Position numbers and translations under genes: made by a program
Part shown: positions 41,801 to 53,800 of the stretch, in pieces
Layout: every line of letters starts with the position of its first letter
Position numbering within the stretch: the first letter of the stretch is position 1
NCBI RefSeq assembly: GCF_009914755.1
Contig: NC_060926.1
Length of the DNA stretch: 64,000 nucleotides
From: the human T2T-CHM13v2.0 reference genome, Homo sapiens
Reading direction: 5' to 3' (one strand)
Notes under the pieces: model-generated
The model's database searches: none
Seen by the model: only the letters and a program-made list of their open reading frames with translations
Told to the model about the DNA's origin: nothing

Positions 41801-44800
41801 AAGGAAAAAAACCTTGAGGGCATTTCATAGCTCCACTCTACAGTACAAATTCTCTGTAATATTATTTTTAAAAAAGGTTTAAATGGCTCATGGTCCTGCA
41901 GGCTGTAAAGGGAGCATAGTGGCTTCTGCTTCTGGGAGGATTCAGGAAGCCTCCCAATCATACCAGAAGGCCAAGCGACAATGTGATGTTCCATACGGCA
42001 GGAGTAGGAGGAAGACAGAGAGAGAAAAGAGGTGCCACACCCTGTTATACAACCAGATCTCATGAGATCTCACTAACAGGAGATCAGCTTCAAGAAGATT
42101 AACTAATGGTGAAGGATCCACCCACACCACATCCACTGTTTTCAGGCAGAAGCCTCTTGCAGAGGCAGAACCTCTTGGAGAACCTCTAGTAGGGGAGTGC
42201 AGAAGGAAAATACGGGCTTGGAACCCCAACACTGGAGGCCACCACCCTCCAGACTGCAGATTCATAGACCCACCAACAGCTCACACCCTCAGTATGGAAA
42301 AGCTACAGGCACTCAACACCAGCCCAGCCCATGAGAGCAGCCATGGGGGCTACACCCAGCAAAGCCACAGGTGCACTGCCCTAGTAGAGACTTTCCATGA
42401 GCCTCTGCCTCTGCAGCAGGCTACTCCCGCCTCCTACTACCCACCACCCTCTCACCACCCTACTAACAACCTACTCCTTGCCCTACCCACCCCTTTCCTT
42501 CCACCCCCGGCCCCCCTCCCATCCATGATTAAATCACCTCCAGCCAGGCCCCACCTCCAAAATTAAGGATTACAGTTCACATGAGTTTTGGTAAAGAAAC
42601 ACAGTCAAATCATATTATTCTGACCCTGATCCCCCGCAGTCTCATGCTCTTCTCACAGAGCAAAATATATTCATGCCTTTTCAAAAGTTTCCAAAAGTCT
42701 TAACTCATTCCAACATTAACTCAAATGTAAAAAATTCAACATCTCATCTGAGACAAGTCTACAGTACGTTTTGCCTATGAGTCCCTGAATTTAAAAGGAT
42801 GTTCTTTTCTTTCAAGCTACAGTAATAGTACAGGCATTGGGTAAACTTTTTCAATCCAAAGAAAAGAAATTTCCCAGGAAAAGAATACAAATGGGACCAC
42901 AGGCCCAATGCAAGTCCAAAACCCAGGAGGCCAGTATCTGTTCAAGCTCAGAGCTCCAAAATCATGAAGAGAACTCACAGTACAGCAGTAAGGAGATAGT
43001 GTTTAATCATTTGTGAAGGACCCACCCCCCACCCCCAATTTTCACCCCTAACCCCCACCATAATTCCCCCATTCTCCCTACCCCCCCATCTTCCAACCCC
43101 CAGTCTCCACTGTGATTAAATCACCTTCCACCAGGCCCCACCTTTAACATTCTGATTACAATTCCACATGAGTTTTTGTAGGGACACAGAGCTAAATTTT
43201 ATTATTCTCTCCCTGGCTCCCCAAATCTCATGTCCTTCTCACATTGCAAAATACAATGCCTTCCCTACAGTCCCCTAAAATCTTACATCATTCCAGCATT
43301 TACACAAATGTTCAAAGTTTAAAGTCTCATCTGACACAAGGCTACAGTAGCTTAGGCCCATGAGCCTCTGAAATACAAAGCAAGTTAACTACTTCCAAGG
43401 TACAGTGCTTGTACAGGCATTGGGTAAGCATTCCCAGCCAAAAGGAAGAATTTTGCCAGAAGAAAACAAAACACAGATAGGACTTACCGGCCCCATGAAA
43501 CTCCAAACCCAGAAGGCCAGTCATTCAATCCTACAGCTCCAAAATCACCCTTTTTGAAACCTTGTCCCACATCCACGGCACAGGGGTGTGTGAGGGCTGG
43601 GCTCCCAAGGCCTTGGGCAGCTTGACACCTATGGCTTTGCAGGGTTTATGCCCCATGGCTGTCCTCATGGGCTGGGCTGGTATTGAGTGCCTGTGACTTT
43701 TCCACATTGAGGATACAAGTTGTTGGCGGGGGGTGGGGGGGTCTATGAATCTGGGATCTGCATTATGGTGACCTCCAGTGTGGGGGCTCCAACCCCATAT
43801 TTTCCTTCCGCACTGCCCTAGTAGAAGTTTCATATAAGGCTGTGCCTTTTTGGGATGCTTTTGCCTGGACACCCAGGCATTTGCATACATCTTCCAAAAT
43901 CTATAGAGAGGATCCCAAGCCTCTAGTCTCATGCTCCATCCACCAGTGACTTAACACTGTGAGGAAGTTACCAAGGCTTCTAGTCTGTACCATCTGTAGC
44001 TTGGGTCACCCAAGCTGTGCCTGTGCATCTTTCAGCCATGGCTGGAGCTGGAGCTGGAGCTGGAGCTGGAGCTGCAGGTATGCAGGCAGCAGTATCCTGA
44101 GGCTGCATATAAAGGGGGGTCATGGAACTGGCCCAGAAAACCATTCTTCTCTCCTAGGCCCCAGGGCCTGTAGAGCAAGGGCTTCTGCAAAGGTCTCTGA
44201 AAGGCCTTCAAGGCCTTTTCCTTATTGTCTTGCCTATTAGCACTGGGCTCCTTCTCGTGCAAGTTTCTGAAGCCTTCCTCAATTTTCCCCCGGAAAATCA
44301 GCTTTTCTTTTTGACTACTTGGCAGGGCTGCAAATTTTCCAAATTTTTTAGTTCTGTTTCTCATTTAATGTACGAGTTGTGACTCATTTAATGTAAGTCC
44401 CATCAAGAGGTCATTTCCTCCATCACACATAAGAGCACAGGCTGTTCCATGGAGACAGGACACCTCTTGAGCTTTGCTGCCCAGAAGTTCATTCCACCAG
44501 ATACTCAGTAAGTCATCACCCTCAAGCTCAAAGTTTCACAAATCTCCAGGGCAGGGTCACTGTGCAGCCACATTCTTTGCTAGGGCAAAACAAAAGTAAC
44601 TTTGGCTTCTGTTCCCATTAAGTTCCTCATTTTCATCTGAGACCTTCTAAGTCTAGCTTTCACTGACCATTTTCCCGTGAGCCTTCTGATCACAAGTATT
44701 TAACAATTCTTTACAAAGATCCAAACTTTCCCTCATCTTCTTGTCTTGGAAGCCCTCCAAACTCTCCCGAACTCTGTCTGCTATCCCCTTCTGAATCTGC

Positions 44801-47800
44801 TTCTACATTATCAGCTATCTTTGCCGCAGCCTGGCAGTGTGGTAAAGGAAGACAAGTCCATTTTCAGGGGGAAAATTCAAGAAGGCTTCAGATACTTGAA
44901 TGAAAAGAAGCTGAGTGCCGATTGCCAAGACAATAGGGAAAAGGCCTTGAAGACATTTAATAGTTCCACTTTGCACTACTAATTTTCTCTAGAATCATAA
45001 AGGAAAGATGTTTAATTGGCTCATGATTCTGTAGGCTGTAAGGAGGCCTAGTGGCTTCTGAATCTGGGAGGACTCAGGTAGCCGCCCAATCATACCAGGA
45101 TGTCGAGGGGCAATGAGATGATTCATGTGGCAGGAGGAGGAGCAAGACAGAGAGAAGAAAAAGGTGCCATGCCCTATTATACAACCAGATATCATGAAAA
45201 CTCACTATCACAAGGTCAGCATCATGAAGATGGTGCTTAATCATTGCTGAAGGATCAACCACTCACCCCCAACTCCCACTGTTTCTAGGCAGAAGCCTGA
45301 TGCAGAGGCAGAGCCTCTTGAAAAACCTCTACTAGAGAAGTGTGGAAGGAAAATATGGGCTTGGAGCCCCCACACAGATGGCCACCAACCTCCAGACCCC
45401 AGATTCATAAGCCCACCAACAGCTCACACCCTCAGTATGGAAAAGCTACAGGCACTCAACACCAGCCCAGCCCATGAGAGCAGTGGCAGGGGCTAAACCC
45501 TGCAAAGCCACAGGTGCACTGCCCTAGTAGAGATTTCTCATGAGGCTTTGCCTCTGCAGCAGGCTGCTCCCCCTTCCTACTACCCACCACCCTCACACCA
45601 TCCTACTGCCAGCCTACTCCTCCCCACCTTAACCAACCCTTTTCCTTCCACCCCAACCCCCTCCAATCCATGATTAAATCATCTTCCCCAGGCCCCACCT
45701 TCAACATTTGGAATTACAATTCCACATGAATTTTTACAGGGACACACAGCCAAACCATATTATTCTGACCCTGCTATCCCAGAATCTCATGTCCTTATCA
45801 CAGAGTAAAATACAATCATGCCTTTTCAAAAGTTCAATAGCTCCACTTTGCAGTACCAATTTTCTCTATGATCATAAAGAAAAGAGGTTTAATTGTTAAT
45901 GATTCTGCAGGCTGTAAGGAAGCACAGTGGCTTCTCCATCTGAGAGGACTCAGGAAGCCTCCCAATCATACCAGAATGTCAAGGGGCAATGAGATGTCTC
46001 ATATGGTAGAAGTAGGAGCAAGAACACGAGAGGAAAAAAGATGTCACACCCTATTATACAACCAGATCTCAGAGAACTCCCTATCACAAGGTCAGCATCA
46101 TGAAGATGGTGCCTAAACATTAGTGAAGGATATGACCCACACCCCAACTCCCACTGTTACCAGGCAGAAGCCTCCAGCAGATGAAGAGCCTCTTGGAAAA
46201 CTTCTATTATGGAAGTACAGAAAGAAAATATGGGCTTGGAGCCCCCACACAGGTGGCCACCAATCTCCAGACCCCAGATTCACGGACCCACCAACAGCTT
46301 GTACCCTCAGTGTGGAAAAGCTACAGGCCCTTAATACCAACCAGCCCATGAGAACAGCTGAGGGGCTAAACACTGCAAAGCCACAGGTGCACTGCCCTAG
46401 TAGAGGCTTTCCATGAGCCTCTCACTCTGCAGCAGGCTACTCCCCCTTCCTACTACCACCCACCCTCCCACCACCCTACTGCCAACCCACTCCTCCCAAT
46501 CCTACCCATCCCTTTTGCCTTCCACCACCACCAACTTCCTGTCCATAATTAAGTCACCCGCTTCAACATTAGGGATTACAATTCCACATGAGATTCATAG
46601 GGACACACAGCAAAACCATATTATTCTGACTCTGATATCCCAGAATCTTATGTCCTTATCACAGAGCAAAATGCAATCATGACTTTTCAAAAGTTTCCAA
46701 AAGTGTTAACTCATTCCAAATGTAAAAAATTCAAAGTCTCACCTGAGACAAGGCTACAGTCCCTTCTGCCTATGAGTCCCTGAATTTAAAACAGACTTCT
46801 TTTCTTTCAAGGTAAAATGATGGTATGGGCATTGGGTAAGCTTTCTCAGTCCAAAGGGAAGAAATTTCCCAGAAAAATAACACAAATGGGCCCACAGGCC
46901 CAATGCAAGTCCAAAACCCAGCAGGACAGTATTCACTCAATCTCACAGCTGCAAAAGTCATCAAGAGAACTCACTGTCATGTGAACAGCATTAAGGAGAT
47001 ACTGTTTAAACATTTGTGAATGATCGGCCCCCCCACCCTCATCTTTCACCCCCACCCACAAAATAATCTCCCCCATTCTCCTCACACCCCTACCTCCAAC
47101 CCCCACTCTTCTCCATGATTAAATCACCTCCCACTGGGACCCACCTTTAACATTCACCAATACAATTCCACATGAGTTTGGTAGGGATGCAGAGCCAAAT
47201 CCTATTATTATGACCCTGACCCCCTCATATCTCATGTTGTTCTCACACTGCAAAATACAATGATGCCTTCTCTACTGTTTCCCAATGTCTTAACTCATTC
47301 CAGCATTTACTCAAACGTCCAAAGCCCAAAGTCTCAGAATTCTGAGACAAGGCTGCCATCCCTTCTGTCCCTGAGCCTCTGAAATACAAAGCAAGTTAAG
47401 TACTTCCAAGGTACAATGATTGTGTACAGGTATTGGGTAAGCATTCCCAGCCAAAAGGAAGAAATTTGCCAGAAAGAAGCACAAAACACAGATGGGACTA
47501 AAAGACCCCACGCAAGTCAAAAACCCAGCAGGCCAGTCATTGAACCCAACAGCTCCAAATCACTTTTTTTTAAATCCAGATCCCACATCCAGAGCACAGT
47601 GGTGAGCCCTGGGCTCCCAAGGCCTTGGGCAGCTCTGCACCTGTGGCTTTGCAGGGTCTAACCCCCACAATTGCACTCATGGGCTGGGCTGGTGCTGAGT
47701 ACCTGTAGCTTATCCACAATGAGGGTCCAAGTTGTTAGTGAGTCTATGAATCTGGTGTTTGCAGAATGGTGCTCCCTGTGTGGGGATTCCAACCCTATAT

Positions 47801-50800
47801 ATTCCTTCTGTACTGCCCTTGTAAAGGATTCCCATGAGGCTCTGCCTCTTGGAAAAGTTTCGACCTGGACACCGAGGTTTTTCTGTAAATACTCTGGAGT
47901 CTACATGAAGGATTCCGAGCCTCTAGTCTTGGTCTTTGTGTACCTGCTCGCTTAACACTATGTGGAAGCCACCAAGGCTTGTAGATTGCACCCTCTGAAG
48001 CAGTGACTCAAGCTGTATCTGTGCATCTTTCAGCCATGGCTGGAGCTAGAGCTTCAGGAACGCAGCCAGCAGTGTCCTGAGGATGGACACAGCAGCAGGG
48101 CAATGGGGCTGGAGAAGGAAACCATTCTTTTCTCCCAGGCCTCGGGGCCTGTGACAGCAAGGGTTGCTGCAAAAGTCTCTGAAATGCCTTCAAGACCTTT
48201 TTAACATTGTATTGGCTATTAGCACTGAACTCCATTTTATGCAAATTTCTGAAATCTTCTTGAACTTTCCCATTGCTAATCAGCTTTTCTTTCTGACCAT
48301 TTGGCCAACCTGCAAACTTCCCAAACTTTTAAGCTCTCCTTCTCATTTAAATGTAAGTTTCACCTTGAGGTCATTTCTTTGGTCACATGTAAGACCACAG
48401 GCTGTTCGACACAGACAGGACACCTCTTGAGCTTTGCTGCCTAAAAGTTCATTCCACCAGATACACTCTAAATCATCACCCTCAAGTTCAAAGTTTCACA
48501 GGTCTCCAGGTTAGGAGCATCATGCAGTCACGTTCTTTGCTAAGGCAAAACGAAAGTGACCTTGGCTCCTGGTCCCAGCAAGCTCCTCATTTTCATGTGA
48601 GACCTTCTAAGCCTGGCCATCACTGTCCATCCTTCTGTCATCTTTTTAATTATAACTATTTAACAAGTCTCTACACTGGTCCAAACTTTTCCACATCTTC
48701 CTGTCTTCTTCCAAGACCTCCAAACTCTCCAACCTCTGGCTGTTACACACTTGTCAACCTGCTTCTACATTTTCAGCTACGTTTGTTGCAGCCTGGCATG
48801 TGGTAAAAGAAGAAAAGTCCATTTCAGGAGAAAAATTCATACAGGTTTCAGATATTTGTCTGAAAAGAAGCTGAGTACTGATTACCAAGACAATAGGGAA
48901 AAGGCCTTGAAGGCATTTCATAGCTCTACTTCACAGCACAAATTTTCTGTATAATCAGAAAGAAAAGAGGTTGAACTGGCTCATGGTTCTGAAAGCTTTA
49001 AATAAATCACAGAGGCTTCTGCTTCTGCGAGGACCCAGGAAGCCTCCCAATCATACCAGAAGACCAAGCAGCAATGCTATGTTTTATATGGCAGAAGTGG
49101 AAACAAGACAGAGAGAGGAAAAAGATGCCACACCCTATTATACAACCAGATTTCCTGAGAACTACGTATCACAAGGTCAGCATCAAGAAGATGATGCTTA
49201 ACCATTGGTGAAAGATCTGCCCCCACCACCCCCACCCCCCACTGTTTCCAAGCAGAAGCCTGAGGCAGAGGCAGAGCCTCTTGGAAAACCTCTACTAGGG
49301 CAGTGCAGGAAAAAAAAAAAAAAAAGAAAAAAAAAAACCAAGGGCTTGGAGGGCCCACGCAGGAGGTTTCCATCCTCCAGACCCCAGATTCATAAGCACA
49401 CCAATAGCTTGCATTCTCAGTATGGAAAAGCTACAGGCACTCAACACCAGCCCAGCCCATGAAAGCAGCCATGGGGGCTAAACCCTGCAAAGCCACAGGT
49501 GCACTGCCCTAGTAGAGGTTTTCCATAAGCCTCTGCCTCTGCAGCAGGCTACTCCCCCTTTCTATTGCCTACCACCCTCTCACCACCCTACTGCCAGCCT
49601 ACTCCTCCCCACCCTACCCACTGGTTTTTCCTTCCACCACTATCAACCTCCCATTTATGATTAAATCACCTCCCACCAGGCCCCACCTCCAACATTCAGG
49701 AATACAATTCCCCATGAGTTTTTTTGGGAAACACAGTGAAACCATATTATTCTGACCCTGACACCCCCAAATCTCATGTCCTTCTAACAGAGAAAAATAC
49801 AAACATGTCTTTTCAAAAGTTTCCAAAAGTCTTAACTCATTCCAGCAGTAACTCAAATGCGGTAAGTTCAAGTCTCATTCAAGACAAGGCTGCCATCCCT
49901 TCTGCCTATGAGTCCCTGAATGTAAAAGGGCGTTCTTTTCCTTCAAGTTACAATGATGTACAGGCACTGGGTAAGATTTCTCAATCCAAAGGGAAGATTT
50001 TCCCAGAAAAAAAAACACAACTGTGACACAGGCCCAATGCGAGTCCAAAACCCAGCAGGACAGCATTCATTTATCATGAGAACTCACTATCACACAGACT
50101 GCATTAAGGAGATGGTATTTAACCATCTGTGAAGGATCTGCCAACCACATTGTCCATCATGATTAAATCACCTTCTACCGAGCCCCACGTTTAACATTCC
50201 TCATTACAATTCCACATGAGTTTTGGTAGGGACACAGAGCCAAATCATATTATTCTCCCCTTGCCCCCCTCCCCAATCTCATGTCCTTCTCACACTGCAA
50301 AATACAATGATGCGTTCTCTACAGTCCCCCAATGTCTTAACTCATTCCAGCATTTACGTAAATGTCCAAAGCCCAAAGTCTCTTCTGAGACAAGGCTGTC
50401 ATCCCTTCTGCCCCTGAGCCTCTGAAATACAAAGCAAGTTAAGTACTTCCAAGGTACAATGATTGTACAGGCATTGGGTAAGCATTCCAAGCCAAAAAGA
50501 AGAAATTTGCCAAAAAGCACAAAATACAGATGGGACTTACAGACCCCATGCAAGTCAAAAACCCAGCAGGCCAGTCATTCCATCCTACAGCTCCAAATCA
50601 TCTTTTTGGAATCTATGTTCACATCCAGAGCACAGGGTGCTGTGATGGCTGGGATCCCAAGGCCTTGGGCAGCTCTGCACCTGTGGCATTGCAGAAACTT
50701 TCCCCTACAACTGCCCTCATGGGCTGGGCTGGTGTTGAGTGCCTGTAGTTTTCAACACTAAGGGTGCAAGCAGTTGGTGGGTCTACAAAACTGGGGTCTA

Positions 50801-53800
50801 GAAAATGGCACATCCCGGTATGGGGACTCCAACCCTATACTCTTCTTCTGTACTGCCTGAGTAGAGGTTTACCATGAGGCTCTGCCTCTTGGAAGAGCTT
50901 CGGGCTGGACACTCAGGCTTTCTGATACATCCTCTAGAGTCTAGATGCAGGCTCTGAAGCCTCTAGTCCTGTGCTCTGTGCACCTGCTGGCTTAACACTA
51001 TGTGGAAGCCACCAATGCTTGGAGCTTGCATCCTCTGAAGCAGTGATGCAAGCTGTACCTGTGCATCTTTCAGCCATGGCTGGAGCTGGAGCTGGAGCTG
51101 CAGGGATGCAGGCAGCAGTGTCCTGAGGCTGCACACAGGAAACCATTCCTTTCTCCTAAGCCCCAGGGCCAGTGACAGCAAGGCTGCTACAAAGGTCTCT
51201 GAAATACCTGCAAGGCCTTTTTCCCATTGTCTTGAATTATTAGCACTGGACTCCTTTTTATGCAAATATCCAAAGCCTTCTTGATTTTCCCCCTGAAAAT
51301 CAGCTTTTCTTTTTCACCATTTGGCCAGGTTGCAAATTTTCCAAACGTTTAAGCTGTGCTTTTCATTTAAATGTAAGTTCCAACTTATGGTCATTTCTTT
51401 GATCACATGTAAGAGCACAGGCTATTCAATGTATGCAGGACAACTCTTGAGCTTTGCTGTTTAGAAGTTCATTCCACCAGATACACCCTAAATCACCACT
51501 CTCAAGTTCAAAGTTTCACAGAGCTCCCTGGAAGGGTCGCTGTGTAGCCAATTACTTTGCTAAGACAAAACAAAAATCCTTGGCTCCTGTCCCCAGTAAG
51601 TTCCTCATTTTCATCTGAGACCTTCTAAGCCTGGCCTTCACTCTCCATCCTTCTGTCAGCCTTTTAATCACGACTATTTAACAAGTCTCTGCAATGGTCC
51701 TAACTTTCCCTCATCTTCCTGTCTTCTTCCAAGCTCTCCAAACTCTCTAACCTCTGGCCATTACCCAATTCGGAACCTGCTTCTACATTGTCAGCTATCT
51801 TTGTCGCAGCCTGGCAATGTGGTAAAAGAAGAAAAGTCCATTATCAGGGGAAACTTCAAGAAGGCCTCCAATATTTGCATTTAAAAAAGCCCAGTGCTAA
51901 TAGCCAAAAGATTCAGGGAAAAGCCTAGAAGGCATTTCATAGCTTCACTTTGCAGCATTAATTTTCTGTATGTACATAAAGAAAAGAGGTTTAATTAACT
52001 CACAGTTCTTCAGGCTGTAAAGAAAACATAGTGGTTTCTGCTGCTTGGAGGACTCAGGAAGCCTTCCAATCATACCAGAAGGCCAAGAGGCAATGAAATG
52101 TTTCATATGGCAGGAGCAGAAGCAAGACAGAGAGAGGAAAGAAGGGCCATATCCTGTTATACAACTAGATCTCATGAGAGCTCACTATGAGGAGATCAGC
52201 ATCAAGAAGATGGTGCTTAACTATTGGTGAAGGATCCGCCCCCCACCCCATATCCACCCCCGACTGTTTCCAAGCAGAAACCTGAGGCAGAGGCAGAGCC
52301 TCTTGGAAAACCTCTACTAGGGCAGTGAGAAGGAAAATATGGGTTTGGAGCCCCCACACAGGATACCACCATCCTCCAGATCCCAGATTCATAGACCCAC
52401 CAACAGCTCCCAAATTCAGTATGGAAAAGCTACAGGCACTCAACACCAGCCCAGCCCATGAGAGCAGCCATGGGGGCTAAAGCCTGCAAAACCACAGGTG
52501 CACTGCCCTAGTAGACTTTCCATGAGCCTCTGCCTCTGCAGCAGGCTACTCCCCTCCCACTACACGCCACCCTACAGCCAGCCTACTCCTCCCCACCTAA
52601 CCCACCTCTTTGTACTTCCAGCCCCACCCCTCTCCCATCCATGAATAAATCACCTCCCACGAGGCCCCACCTGCAACATTCGGGATTACAATTCCACATG
52701 AGTTTAGGTAGGGATACACAGCTAAACCATATTATTCTGACCTTGATCCCCTGAATATCATATCCTTCTCACAGAGTAAAATACAATCATGCCTTTTCAA
52801 AAGTTGGCAAAAGTCTTAAGTCATTTCAGCATTAACTCAAATGTAAAAAGTTCAAGATCTCAGTTGAGAAAAGGCTACAGTCCCTTTTGCCTATAAGTCC
52901 CTGAATTTAAAAGGGAGTTCTTTTAAGGTATGATGATGGTAGAGGCATTGGGTAAGTTTTCTCAATCCAAAGGGTAAAGGGTTACCAGGAAAATAACACA
53001 AATGAGATCACAGGGCCAATGCAATGGATACCCAGGAAGCCAGTATCCATTCAATCTTACAGCTCCAAAACCATCACGAGAACTCACCATCATGAGGAAA
53101 GCATTAAGGAGATGGTGCTTAACCATTTGTGAGGGATCACCCCCACCCCCACCTCTCACCCCTCTCCCCCACCATAATCCCCCCATTCTCCCCAATCCAA
53201 ACCTTCTAACACCCACCACCCTCCATGATTAAATCACCTTCCACCTGGCCCCACTTTTAACATTTTGATTACAATTCCACATGAGTTTCTGTAGGGATAC
53301 ACAACCAAATCTTATTATTCTCTCCCTGCCTCCCCAAATCTCATGTCCTTCTCACTTTGCAAAATACAGTGATGCCTTACCTGCCATTTCCCCAAGCCAC
53401 TATGCTTTTTTTACAGCCTGCAGAACCATGAGCCAATTAAACTCCTTTTTGTTATGATCATACAGAAAATTAGTACTGTGAAGTGAAGCTATGAAATGCC
53501 TTCAGTGACTTTTCCCCATCGTCTTGGCTAAGACCCCCAAGGTCTTAACTCATTCCAGCATTTACTCAAATGTCTGAAGCCCAAAGTCTCATCTGAGACA
53601 AAGCGGCAGTCTCTTCTGCCCCTGAGCCTCTGAAATACAAAGTAAGTTAACTACTTCCAAGGTACAACTGTCCAGGCATTGAGTAAGAATCCCCAGCCAA
53701 AAGGAAGATTTTCACCAGATAGAAGAATAAAATACAAGTGGGACTTACAGGTCCCATGAAAATCCAAAACCCAGCAGGCCAGTTTTTCAAACCTACAGCT

